A DNA stretch of 64,000 nt from Giardia intestinalis (lineage: Eukaryota), in NCBI GenBank assembly GCA_000002435.2, contig CM018792.1. The stretch is one strand, 5' to 3'. This document shows, one piece after another, positions 1-9,332 of this stretch (position 1 is the first letter of the stretch; every line of letters begins with the position of its first letter). Below the pieces are notes generated by a model. It was given only the letters and a program-made list of their open reading frames with translations, did no database searches and had not been told where the DNA came from. A program made the position numbers and the translations under genes.

Positions 1-1533
1 ATCAACAACAGATTTATCAATCATATTCTCGTCAAGGAATTGCTGAAGCCTAACCAGGAGCTCCTCTCTATACAACCCTACATTGTCATGGACCATTTCC
101 AACTCATCGACAATCTCCACCGGTTTGTCCATCAGAGAAAGTACGTAGACAAAAGATACTTGATTCGGAAGAGAAATTTCAACGTTGATGCGAGACGTGA
201 GACTAGACTTGGTTGGTCTGCGCTTAATTACAACTGAAGAGGCTGTATCTAAATTGGCAGGAACATGGAGAATAGAGCCTGACTGATCAGTGGACACAGT
301 CTCAGAAGCAAGCACATGGCTCAAAGAGTTTGTCACTGCTGTAGTGGGCACAGCAACATTAACAACACTAACGCCCATGCTCGCCGGGCACACAGGCTTA
401 GATAAAGACTGTGGAATGTGGGACTGCTGAGGACCACGTGGCGAAGAAATTGGTAGAGAGGATTGCTGTGGAAGTTTTAGAGCTGTCTGAGCCGCGTTAA
501 CAGCAGTATGGCCTGTTGACTGCATAGTTTGTTCATGTGTTCCAAGAGATACTTGTGCAGAGGGTCCATGGTCCTTTGCATCGGTGGTGAGCTTTCCTGT
601 GTCGGACATATTTGACAGAAAGGGCTTGCTTAGCAACTCGCGTGCACTCGGGCGAGCAGAGGGATCCTTATTAATACATAGCAATATAAGGTCCTTCATC
701 TCCTTGTGAACAACTTTATTTAGCCCGTTCGGTGGGATATTGCCCTCGACCTTCTTGAGCACATCAACTATATTCGCACACTCTAGGTATGGGGTATCGC
801 GCGTAATAAGTTCCAACAGCAACATACCGAATGCATAGATATCCACCTTCTCATCATAGTGTGCATTGCTGTATGTTTCAGGCGCCATAAACTCAGGTGT
901 CCCTATGCAACTGACTGCTGTAGATTGAAGGCCTAGCGAAGCGCACAGACCCAGATCCCCGACCTTAACAACACCAGTGGCCCCGTTAATAAATATATTT
1001 TGTGCCTTAATGTCGCGATGGATTATCTTTGGTTGACACGTGTGCATGTAGTTTAGGGCTTCTAAGATCTGAAGGGCCCAACTCTTAAGCACAGGGGTTG
1101 TCAGGGCTGTGGGGTTCTTCTTCAAGTACTTCTTTAGGCACCCAGACGGCATGAGCTCAGTCGTGAAGATGAGCAGATTGCTACCTTCGAACCAATGATC
1201 ATAGAGCTTAATTATATTCTCGTGGTCAACATCTTTGAGAGCCTTGATCTCCTGAAATAGCTTGCTTGATGCCATTGGCTCCAGAGTGTCGAGGACGACC
1301 TCGTTCCAAGCCACCTCTCGGCCTGCTATCAAATCAAACGCCCTATAGACAGTTTTGAACGCGCCTTTTCCCAAAACATCCCCCGAGTACTTCAAGTAAC
1401 GGTCGGACGGCCCAAGAGTATCGGAGAATGGATTGTAATAAACGCCTTCGTTACGGAGCGGAGAGGATTCTACCTCAGGATACGGCTGATTCTGGGTGCC
1501 CGCAAATACACTGAGTGGAGCAACAATCTCCAT
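1..1533 (-). CDS. WNK-family Ser/Thr protein kinase, partial: ATG at 1533, C-terminus runs off the window start
   Basis: Reverse-strand translation is open from ATG (1531-1533) to position 1. It contains GKGAFKTVYRAFD, a Gly-loop lysine with no lysine in beta-3, which is the WNK hallmark. It also contains IIHRDIKAQNIF, VKVGDLGL and GTPEFMAPE. The ORF track lists no minus-strand ORF here, consistent with one frame open to the edge. Confidence 0.75.
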   Translation of the reverse strand, partial: MEIVAPLSVFAGTQNQPYPEVESSPLRNEGVYYNPFSDTLGPSDRYLKYSGDVLGKGAFKTVYRAFDLIAGREVAWNEVVLDTLEPMASSKLFQEIKALKDVDHENIIKLYDHWFEGSNLLIFTTELMPSGCLKKYLKKNPTALTTPVLKSWALQILEALNYMHTCQPKIIHRDIKAQNIFINGATGVVKVGDLGLCASLGLQSTAVSCIGTPEFMAPETYSNAHYDEKVDIYAFGMLLLELITRDTPYLECANIVDVLKKVEGNIPPNGLNKVVHKEMKDLILLCINKDPSARPSARELLSKPFLSNMSDTGKLTTDAKDHGPSAQVSLGTHEQTMQSTGHTAVNAAQTALKLPQQSSLPISSPRGPQQSHIPQSLSKPVCPASMGVSVVNVAVPTTAVTNSLSHVLASETVSTDQSGSILHVPANLDTASSVVIKRRPTKSSLTSRINVEISLPNQVSFVYVLSLMDKPVEIVDELEMVHDNVGLYREELLVRLQQFLDENMIDKSVVD

Positions 1534-1666
1534 GATGGGGTAGTAGTAGTCTTACTAAAGAGGTAGGCTGTACGGATGTCCGCTCTTTTGTACCAACTTA
1601 ATTTTTCGCATTAAATGTTAGTATTTTTTAATTTCTATACTTCAGCCCTCTGATTTACACGTCAAC

Positions 1667-2068
1667 ATGTGCATATTCTGCTCCATTGTTGCCCGCGATG
1701 TCCCTTCTGAAGCCGTTTATGAAGACGAGCACGTTCTTGCCTTTTTGGATATTATGCCGAGCGCCCCGGGTCACTGTGTAGTCATACCGAAGTATCACGC
1801 GGCCCTTTTCCATGAGCTCCCCCCTGCCTCCGCAGCTGCTCTAGGCGCTGCTCTTGTCAAGGTGTCTGGCGCGTTAATTAAGGCCATGGAATGCTCGTGT
1901 TACAATATTGTCAACAATAACGGGCCAGAGGCAGGACAGGAGGTTCCACATGTTCATTTCCACATCATTCCTCGTAAGGCCGGCGACGGTCTTGGGTACA
2001 AGTTCTCTCCGCAGAGTGGAGGAGACCTCTCTAAGATTGCAGCTCGCATAAGAGAATGTATGGAGTGA
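1667..2068 (+). CDS. HIT (histidine triad) family nucleotide hydrolase
   Basis: 133 aa with the HVHFHIIPR histidine-triad motif. ATG at 1667 verified. Confidence 0.85.
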   Translation: MCIFCSIVARDVPSEAVYEDEHVLAFLDIMPSAPGHCVVIPKYHAALFHELPPASAAALGAALVKVSGALIKAMECSCYNIVNNNGPEAGQEVPHVHFHIIPRKAGDGLGYKFSPQSGGDLSKIAARIRECME

Positions 2069-2153
2069 CTCAGCTGTCGCTAATTCCTGTCTACTATGAG
2101 CTCCAGTAATAACCAGGACTGCAGACGATCACTGAGCATCTGTAGAGCTGTGA

Positions 2154-3617
2154 CTAAAAGAGGAGCATAGCTGTTTCTACCAACTTAATGTATATAGGCT
2201 CTATGAGATCAATCTGATCGTTTATCCGCTGCACCTGATTGCTGGCTAATAGGGTAAATTGGAGTTCTTCAATTTGTTTCAATTTGCTCCTCATGTTATA
2301 GAGACAAGTAAAGGCTGCGTTGGCAGCCACGGAGGAGAAATTGGGGTTAGTGCTATACAGGAAGTAGCTCGTTTCAACCTTTGGTTCTGCACTGGTGGAC
2401 AGCATGGTTATCTGCAGGTACCCCTCTGTGCATAGTGTTGTGAGGAGCGAGACGGCCTGAGACCGTGGAATCATCCCCTCGGCAGCCACAACTGACGCCT
2501 CCATCATCCCTCTTGCTCGTATGATGTTGAACATGCGACGGGCCATGGGGCCATGGCGCTCCGCAACGATGCGTAGAAGCACTGCCATCTGCATGCGCTC
2601 TATTGCTGCATCTATGTCTACAATGTATTGCCCATCACTGGTCATGTGCATCATGGCTTTAGGTTCTGAAACGTACAGCTTGAGCACTGACGCACAAAAG
2701 GAAAGCGTGAAGTTGCTTCCTGTAGCATTTAGACTGTATTGTGCATTCATCAATGCGTCGTGCAGTTGCTCCAAGTTAAAAGAGCGCGTACTGGGTCGCA
2801 CATCTGCTGGAGAAAATGGACAAAATCCTAGAGCCTGAAAGGAGTTGGAGATGAAAAGGGCTGCACGAAAAACAGTGCCCATATCTCTGTCATAGACAGT
2901 ACAGACGTAGTCTGCCAGCTCCTCTTCCTGAAAGAGCGCGATAAGCTGCTCAACGCTCACGCAGTATGACTCTCCACTATCAGATACATTATCAGACTCC
3001 AGACTGTGCAAGCCATGGGAATGCTTCCGTGGGGGCTCTGTGGACTCGGGACCTTTGACGTTGTGACTCTGATGGTGATGTGCATAGTAAACCGAGGTAA
3101 GAAGATTCTGACAGCGTTCTCTGAGTTCTGAACTGCGTTGAACGACTCCGCGAGATAAGAGAGTGGATAAGGTTTCCAACAGACGTGGAAGCCCTACGTC
3201 TACGCCCATGGTGCGAAGAACCTCCAAGATCTCTGGTGCTGTCATGGAGCCACCCAGAGTGAGGGCGGCTAGTAGCTGATCCCCCAGACCATCAAGGTCA
3301 GAAACCCGGGGCAGAACAATGGGGCAGAACATTCGCACCATTGCTTGCTCAGAAAAAACACCATAGACCATGTGCTTTCTGCTCAACTCATGTCCATTGC
3401 GAATAACCGGAAGTTCCACAAAAAAAGCGATATTGTGCCTCAAGAGGGCCATCATGGATGTCTTGATGATGTCAGGCGGCAATCTAACGGCGGTAACAAG
3501 GTCATTGAGCGTGCCGAAAGCCACCTCCATGAGATATTGCACAATAGCGACCGCTGTGGTGTCAAAGTACTCCTCGACGCAGGAGAGGACAACACTTTTG
3601 AATCCTGAAAAGTGCAT
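2154..3617 (-). CDS. hypothetical protein, about 487 aa from the first ATG
   Basis: Long minus-strand ORF. The track start at 3680 is a TTG. The first in-frame ATG is at 3617 (MHFSGF...). It is divergent from the RhoGAP gene 66 bp away. No motif recognised. Confidence 0.5.
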   Translation of the reverse strand: MHFSGFKSVVLSCVEEYFDTTAVAIVQYLMEVAFGTLNDLVTAVRLPPDIIKTSMMALLRHNIAFFVELPVIRNGHELSRKHMVYGVFSEQAMVRMFCPIVLPRVSDLDGLGDQLLAALTLGGSMTAPEILEVLRTMGVDVGLPRLLETLSTLLSRGVVQRSSELRERCQNLLTSVYYAHHHQSHNVKGPESTEPPRKHSHGLHSLESDNVSDSGESYCVSVEQLIALFQEEELADYVCTVYDRDMGTVFRAALFISNSFQALGFCPFSPADVRPSTRSFNLEQLHDALMNAQYSLNATGSNFTLSFCASVLKLYVSEPKAMMHMTSDGQYIVDIDAAIERMQMAVLLRIVAERHGPMARRMFNIIRARGMMEASVVAAEGMIPRSQAVSLLTTLCTEGYLQITMLSTSAEPKVETSYFLYSTNPNFSSVAANAAFTCLYNMRSKLKQIEELQFTLLASNQVQRINDQIDLIEPIYIKLVETAMLLF

Positions 3618-3683
3618 GTGTTTAGAGCCTGGCGCAGACCTGGGACGAAAAGGCAGACAACCCTCACCGACAGAATTCAAAAA

Positions 3684-4253
3684 ATGGATATACGTACACT
3701 TAACGTTTTACTCAAAGACGTCGTCTCTTTTGTGGAGCGTGTCCTACTACACGAGCCCTCTCTTTATCGTATACCGGGTCCAGACACAGAGGCACGAGCC
3801 ATGCTTAACAAATATTTGATGGGGGAGCGGCCTAATCTGGACACTGAGCTTGTCGATCCATTCACCGCCACAACACTGTTAAAGTATGCCATTAAGAACC
3901 TTGACAAACCCCTCATCGCGAGAGAATTTTATCCTGCCCTAAAAATGATCTTGTACTTTGAGGAAAAATTGGGGCACGCTCCGGAACGGGCCCTCACCCG
4001 TGTATACGATAGCTTTCTGGACCAGGATAGAAGAGAGTTCTTCGAAGTCTTTGCCAAGCATTTACTGAAAGTAGCTGGGGAGCCAGAAAATAACATGACA
4101 CTGATAAACCTTGTAACGGTATTTGGCCCAACATGCATCTTGCCGTACCGGGAGATGCAGCTTGAGCAGATGCGTACGGGCCCAGCAATCCTCTTGTACA
4201 TTATAAACTTTGCTGCCAAGAGAGCAGGCGTGGCACAAGTCTGCACTACATGA
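3684..4253 (+). CDS. RhoGAP-domain protein
   Basis: ATG at 3684 is preceded by ttcaaaaaATGG. It has the LYRIPGP arginine-finger region and NNMTLINLVTVFGPTC, which matches the RhoGAP NKMxxxNLAxVFGPxL block. Confidence 0.7.
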   Translation: MDIRTLNVLLKDVVSFVERVLLHEPSLYRIPGPDTEARAMLNKYLMGERPNLDTELVDPFTATTLLKYAIKNLDKPLIAREFYPALKMILYFEEKLGHAPERALTRVYDSFLDQDRREFFEVFAKHLLKVAGEPENNMTLINLVTVFGPTCILPYREMQLEQMRTGPAILLYIINFAAKRAGVAQVCTT

Positions 4254-4288
4254 TTAGTAGGGCTGGATCTGCGAGGAAACAGACAGAA

Positions 4289-4618
4289 TTAAAAGAATCC
4301 TTTCTTGCGTGCAACGTGAACAAGGATAGTCTTAATTACATAGCTGCCAAGCACCAATATATTAGCCACAAGCAGAGGTGTGTGCATGCGCAGAGATTGG
4401 CTCTTCTGAACGACCTTACTAGAGCCTAAGGTGTTGTGAATGTGTGTTATGTTTCTATTTGTATGACTTCGAAGATGAGATAGACGCCTTTCAGCCTCCT
4501 CTATAGACCGCTCCAGGGTGTTAATAGTAATTTCTAAGCGCCTATCCTCTCGAGCAAGCGCCAAGGCACGCGTGTAGCAGGCGTGTGCTTGGGTTGCTAT
4601 CTCTGCTAAAGTCTCCAT
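4289..4618 (-). CDS. small tail-anchored coiled-coil protein (possible SNARE-like)
   Basis: The track start is TTG. The first ATG at 4618 (METLAEIATQ...) has aataaaaATGG upstream. A coiled-coil segment is followed by a C-terminal hydrophobic stretch LLVANILVLGSYVIKTILVHVA. Confidence 0.45.
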   Translation of the reverse strand: METLAEIATQAHACYTRALALAREDRRLEITINTLERSIEEAERRLSHLRSHTNRNITHIHNTLGSSKVVQKSQSLRMHTPLLVANILVLGSYVIKTILVHVARKKGFF

Positions 4619-4726
4619 TTTTATTAAGATAAGTTGGGGCTGACGGACAGAGCAAGGGTCGTACCAGGTATCTAAGGGCCTGTGGATAAAGGTAGATAGA
4701 ACCAAGAAAGACAATAAGCTATTGCA

Positions 4727-5044
4727 TTATTGCATAATGCTCGATTGAAGAACTTGGAGGAGAAGAATGCACACTATTGCTACTAGCGAACAACAATTGA
4801 CAAACAACACAGTGCTGTGAGCAGCACCTGTGAGCTTGAGTCGAAGAAATATGACCTCGCCATTTTTGTCCCTCCGCACGACATCAGCTTCTGTTCTTTT
4901 CCTCAATTGGTTCAACCTTGTTGTAAACGTATCGATAAGCTCCTGCATCTCGCCTATTCGTTCGTCCAGCTGCTGTATTTCATTGTTGAGGCGAATGCCC
5001 TCCATATAAAGACTCTGTGCTTGGTCTTCGATCAACGCCAGCAT
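4727..5044 (-). CDS. small tail-anchored coiled-coil protein (possible Q-SNARE-like), tandem to the previous gene
   Basis: 105 aa, ATG at 5044 verified. A heptad-like segment IQQLDERIGEMQELIDTFTTRLNQLRKR is followed by the C-terminal TM LFVNCCSLVAIVCILLL. Confidence 0.5.
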   Translation of the reverse strand: MLALIEDQAQSLYMEGIRLNNEIQQLDERIGEMQELIDTFTTRLNQLRKRTEADVVRRDKNGEVIFLRLKLTGAAHSTVLFVNCCSLVAIVCILLLQVLQSSIMQ

Positions 5045-5063
5045 CTATTTTTTCTCTTAAGCA

Positions 5064-7121
5064 ATGATACAATTAACTCTACGAACAGATGCTATTGAAG
5101 GACTCTGTGCTGCTATCTCCTACTTCATAGATGCAATGGCTGTATTCAAAGAGATTAATATGTGCTTCCTCTTTGAAAAGGCTCCTGCAAACCAGGCTAT
5201 TCACATTTTTGCAGCCACCACTGGCATTGACCCAAGCGGCGGCACTGCCTCTTTCCTCATTGACTCACCATTCATTGACATTGTCAACACGCCAGATCCG
5301 GCTCGAAGAGGAGATAATTCGTCAATCTTATTATCTGTCTATTCCTCTACCTTGGTTCCTCTTAAAACTCTGTTGGAGCATCACGGGGAGTACCCTCTAG
5401 TGATAGAGTTTAATGTTGTTGACGGTACCAGCTATGCCGTTTTCTTGAGGTACCTCTCGTTAATGAAGTTCAAGCAAGCGTTTGACAGTATGTATGTTTC
5501 CTCTCAGATCCATCTGAGTCTGATCAGCGTTACATATGGACTTACGCCTCTACAATATTTAGTAGCTATTACATCTATTTTTCAATCTACTTACCCAATT
5601 AGATTGCACGCACAAAAAAATGGTGGGCAGAATCCGCTGGCAAGCGCTCTTACAATTCGGCTTTTAATGAATAGTTGCTGTAGTCTAGTCTATGGATTGC
5701 CAGCATTTTATCCTAGAGTGCATTTACCCATCTTTTCCGTTGACGCATCTGACGCAAGTTCATTCCTGCGTCTTTTACGCAAATCTAGTGGCCATTCTGA
5801 TGGAAATCACCTTTCACTATCAACAAGCATTTGTAGGACAGCAGAGGCAGAGTTTGAGCAGCTTCAAACGTCCATCAAAGACAAGGTACCAGAGGTGCTT
5901 GATTTACTACATTGTCCGCATACATCTCATGCACAACAACTGGCTGGCCTTGTTTGGGGTACACTCAATACATCCCTTCTGACTCTTATGCATTGCCCCA
6001 AGCTCCTTGTCCAGCTGGGAGGTGCCACAACCAAGGCGATGCTGAATGCAGTCACCACTCAGACCAAGCCAATGCTTCAAGCGTCAGTGGATGTGGACCA
6101 GATTGCATCGTGCATTGCAGCAGCTCAGGGCCCTGAAGAATGCTACTGTGCATCCGATCTTTTCACATACTTTCAGTCTTCGCTTAAGTATGCATCTGCG
6201 TGCATGTATCTTCAAGGAGAAACAGCGCTGCGGTCGTTTCTTGATCTACAAACGCAGTACCCATCCATCTCCTATGAAGTAGTATTGAGTGCTTCTAGCC
6301 AGGAGGTCCTGGCCAGAGATCTTCAAAGCACAACTGGGGTCTTTGCATCATCTCTACCTGGAGTAGAGCTTCATGTAATGCGGCGCCTGGGACCACAAAC
6401 ATATGCAGTGGTGACAACCAAAGACCTTGTCAATCAGTTTTTTTTCGCTTTTTCTGGTGCTTTCTTCCCCTCGTCACCTCCCACACAAAAGGATAAAGCG
6501 ACGATGGACTATAAGCAAGGGTACGATAATTATACAGTTCCATCTCTGAGTATGCAATGCACGTCCAGTGGCAGCGGTGGACAGCAGATTAGACTTAATG
6601 TCAATCCGCAGCCGATTAACTATGTACACTCGCAATCTCCTGTGGTTACCAGTATAGAGCTGCAGCGGACCAAAAATACTCCACAGGTAAAAGAGACTTC
6701 ACCAACCAGCATGTTTGGTGTCAGGACTCCACCTACCCCAAAGGATGGTTCACCCATCCTTGACGACGGTTCTGTCAAACTAGTGGACCAAACACCAATC
6801 TACCTATCGCAGCAAAGCCCCAGTTCTAAGGATATTTGTCTAGATGCCTCTGGGAGTATAGTTGCCACATGCTTGAACAGTGTTGCCCAAGTATCATTAG
6901 GGAAAACTGCGGATGATGGTAATAGTATGACCCCTTTTCAATCTACCCTCCTTACCAGAGACAAGTCATTGCCCTCAACCAATCAACAAGCAGGTTCTGT
7001 TGTATCGACCCACCTATCAGATTGTCAATCCGAACATAATCTTATTTCCTATATTCTAGGGACGGACAGCGACAGTGGCATTAGTGGGGATATTGAGTTC
7101 ATAATGGATGCACTGTTGTAG
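5064..7121 (+). CDS. hypothetical protein (685 aa)
   Basis: ATG at 5064 verified. It lies only 20 bp from the divergent start at 5044. No recognisable domain. The C-terminal third is Ser/Thr/Pro/Gln-rich. Confidence 0.55.
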   Translation: MIQLTLRTDAIEGLCAAISYFIDAMAVFKEINMCFLFEKAPANQAIHIFAATTGIDPSGGTASFLIDSPFIDIVNTPDPARRGDNSSILLSVYSSTLVPLKTLLEHHGEYPLVIEFNVVDGTSYAVFLRYLSLMKFKQAFDSMYVSSQIHLSLISVTYGLTPLQYLVAITSIFQSTYPIRLHAQKNGGQNPLASALTIRLLMNSCCSLVYGLPAFYPRVHLPIFSVDASDASSFLRLLRKSSGHSDGNHLSLSTSICRTAEAEFEQLQTSIKDKVPEVLDLLHCPHTSHAQQLAGLVWGTLNTSLLTLMHCPKLLVQLGGATTKAMLNAVTTQTKPMLQASVDVDQIASCIAAAQGPEECYCASDLFTYFQSSLKYASACMYLQGETALRSFLDLQTQYPSISYEVVLSASSQEVLARDLQSTTGVFASSLPGVELHVMRRLGPQTYAVVTTKDLVNQFFFAFSGAFFPSSPPTQKDKATMDYKQGYDNYTVPSLSMQCTSSGSGGQQIRLNVNPQPINYVHSQSPVVTSIELQRTKNTPQVKETSPTSMFGVRTPPTPKDGSPILDDGSVKLVDQTPIYLSQQSPSSKDICLDASGSIVATCLNSVAQVSLGKTADDGNSMTPFQSTLLTRDKSLPSTNQQAGSVVSTHLSDCQSEHNLISYILGTDSDSGISGDIEFIMDALL

Positions 7122-7148
7122 TAAGCTCGTGTTCGTAAACAAAAAAGG

Positions 7149-7886
7149 ATGGGGTGGGATCTGCCAATTGATGGGCTTCCTTCACCAGCTACAAGTCCTG
7201 GCCGTAAGTATTTAGAAAGTGACTACAAAATGAACAATAGCTTTCTGTGCGAACCGGAGTGTGAGGCGCCAGAACCCCATGCTGGGTACCATACTAATAC
7301 TGATTCTAGACAGGCTCCTATTGACACACCCGTAGAATTTCGCTATGTAAATGTTACAAATCCGCGGCAAACAAGCATAGAAACAGGCACATTCACGGTT
7401 AACACCCCCTCTGTCCCATGTATTACGGAATCCATAATTGATGATCAGGAGCTGGAGGGCCCCGCTGTTTGGCAGAAAAAGCAGCACGTAGGTATTCACT
7501 CAAGTTGTGGCAGCGACGATGATCTGTCTTTGAAGAAACCTGATCAACCAAAGATGATCAAGCCAGACTACACGTATCAGACCATGTCGTCTAACTTGCC
7601 TAAGATACCCACGGACGAGGAGCTGAACACGCTGATAGCTACAGAGACACACAAAACCAATATTCCTAAAAAGCGCCCTGTAAGCAATTTTGCCAAGACT
7701 GTTGAGAAAAAGGCACAATTGGCCCCTAAATCTGGCGTAGGAAGGGACGTAATAATGCGGAAACTTGGAGCCCTTCTTACAGACACTCCAAGCGACGTTC
7801 CAGTTTACTCTATGGACGACAAGACTCTAGTTGCTCTCACCGAACAAGCTCTAATGAGCTTCAGTGACTCTCTTTATAAGTGGTAA
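7149..7886 (+). CDS. hypothetical low-complexity protein (245 aa)
   Basis: ATG at 7149 with aaaaaaggATG upstream. No motif. It could be a separate gene or a remnant continuation of the upstream ORF. Confidence 0.45.
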   Translation: MGWDLPIDGLPSPATSPGRKYLESDYKMNNSFLCEPECEAPEPHAGYHTNTDSRQAPIDTPVEFRYVNVTNPRQTSIETGTFTVNTPSVPCITESIIDDQELEGPAVWQKKQHVGIHSSCGSDDDLSLKKPDQPKMIKPDYTYQTMSSNLPKIPTDEELNTLIATETHKTNIPKKRPVSNFAKTVEKKAQLAPKSGVGRDVIMRKLGALLTDTPSDVPVYSMDDKTLVALTEQALMSFSDSLYKW

Positions 7887-7984
7887 ACCATATCACCAAC
7901 GCATGCAGAGACGTCAAAGGTTTGAAGAGTCCGTAGAGTACTAGATTGCCCCAAAGACTAAAATTCAGAAATTAAAAACATTAA

Positions 7985-9307
7985 ATGGTCAAAGGACTGG
8001 CGAAGGAGCAGAAGGTGCGTCTCTACCTTGGTGGACTGAAGAATGTAGAGCAGCTAATGAAAGGGGATGTTTTGATGGGCGACGACGGGAATCCACGTAC
8101 CATCAGTGCTGTGCATTCGTCAATGTCCAAAACGTACACCATTACCTATTCGTCCTATTTGGATGTTAAGGACGACCGGAGTTTTGTCTGTGGAGATGAT
8201 GCTGTTCTTATTTTAATCCCCGATGGGAACCGAGAGGTGAATAGAATTATTAATACCGGAGCAGACAACCAATATGTGGTTGAGTTTGTTGAGCCTGTCA
8301 CGGACGCAATGAAGTCCATCTCTGGCGTCAAGCTGCAGTGGAAAGTCTTTGCACAAGCTGACGACGCGCTTTCATATGTGGATCGTAGTCTCCCGAATTT
8401 TCTCTATGAATCTAAGTTGAGCGACTTCATCAAGTTAGAGCCTAAGCTTCAGCGCATGTTCAAGCTTGTTCGTCCGCTTCTTCCAATACGTTTTGTTGAC
8501 GCAGTAACGGTGATTCAAGATGAAACCAAAACAGACGTTGATATCTTGAAGAATATGGATATTCGCCCAACAGACCTGCCATGGTTGTGTGGCCTCTATC
8601 TGATTACCGGGATATGTATTGATGAGAGGTCGTTCCGCTTCCACTTGAAGGAGCTCAATAGTAACATTGCGGGAGAGGTTAAGCGTATATTCCGCTGTTT
8701 GAATTCCTATTATGAAATACAATTTGATGAGGCTTCGGAGAATTACACCATTAGGTTCCAAGGTGCCAGTGAGACAAACGACTTTTTCAAGCGGTTTATG
8801 ATCCAGTTTGGAATGTATGACGCTCGTACGAAGCGATACGTGAAGGATTCATTGAACCCACAGGTGTATCTTGAGAGCTTCAGTAGAATACGGGGCCCTT
8901 TTCTAGCAGGGATCCTCGATGGTAGCTCTGGGTACGGATTATCGGACATAAACCATGGACTGGAGTGTTATATTAGAGGGATCTCATCACCGGCGACACG
9001 GGAGGTGGTCGCTGACCTTGCCCGTTCGTGCTCTCTTAGCGCTGTTGTTGACCAGAGTGACAATAATACGCTAATCTTAGCAGGCGGAATGCTCTTCCGT
9101 GTACCGTGTGTCTCCACAATTCCTAAGGACTTTCCAGGGCTAGTGTCCCTCACATCCTACCCCAACCCAGACGGGAGCTCTGTTCTGCTTGGCATGCCTA
9201 TGCCATTCTCCATAAAAGAGTCTGGCACGCGCGAATGCTATTTCTTGGACATCCAGGAGCCGAACAAGCGGTGCCTTCTCTCCGACTACACCGTTGTTCA
9301 TCTCTAG
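7985..9307 (+). CDS. free-standing intein-like protein (Hint domain plus LAGLIDADG homing-endonuclease-like domain; HO/VDE-like), probably splicing-inactive
   Basis: Its own initiator aaattaaaaacattaaATGG and an AGTAAAT polyA signal after the stop. The N-terminus GLAKEQKVRLYLGGLKNVEQLMKGDVLMGDDGNPRTI aligns ungapped with VMA1 intein block A (CFAKGTNVLMADGSIECIENIEVGNKVMGKDGRPREV, from memory). LAGLIDADG-like motifs: WLCGLYLITG and FLAGILDGSSGYG. The C-terminal blocks DLARSCSLSAVV, LILAGGM, ECYFLDI and VVHL stop align with SLARSLGLVVSV, YMSGGD, ECRGFYFEL and VVHN. Confidence 0.7.
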   Translation: MVKGLAKEQKVRLYLGGLKNVEQLMKGDVLMGDDGNPRTISAVHSSMSKTYTITYSSYLDVKDDRSFVCGDDAVLILIPDGNREVNRIINTGADNQYVVEFVEPVTDAMKSISGVKLQWKVFAQADDALSYVDRSLPNFLYESKLSDFIKLEPKLQRMFKLVRPLLPIRFVDAVTVIQDETKTDVDILKNMDIRPTDLPWLCGLYLITGICIDERSFRFHLKELNSNIAGEVKRIFRCLNSYYEIQFDEASENYTIRFQGASETNDFFKRFMIQFGMYDARTKRYVKDSLNPQVYLESFSRIRGPFLAGILDGSSGYGLSDINHGLECYIRGISSPATREVVADLARSCSLSAVVDQSDNNTLILAGGMLFRVPCVSTIPKDFPGLVSLTSYPNPDGSSVLLGMPMPFSIKESGTRECYFLDIQEPNKRCLLSDYTVVHL

Positions 9308-9332
9308 AGGTTAGAAATCCATCAGAGTAAAT

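Noticed and set aside
40-237. 65-aa plus-strand ORF at the window start.
   Set aside because: It lies entirely antisense within the WNK kinase coding region and has no initiator context.
4817-5098. 93-aa plus-strand ORF overlapping the tail-anchored protein gene at 4727-5044.
   Set aside because: It is antisense to a gene with a clean ATG and initiator. The true plus-strand gene starts at 5064.
7985-9307. Considered that the intein-like ORF is an active intein embedded in a host gene (for example V-ATPase subunit A).
   Set aside because: The ORF has its own initiator and polyA signal. The upstream gene ends 98 bp before it and the downstream gene is on the other strand. No extein-like flanking coding sequence is in frame. 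The splicing residues (C1, block-B H, terminal N) are all substituted.
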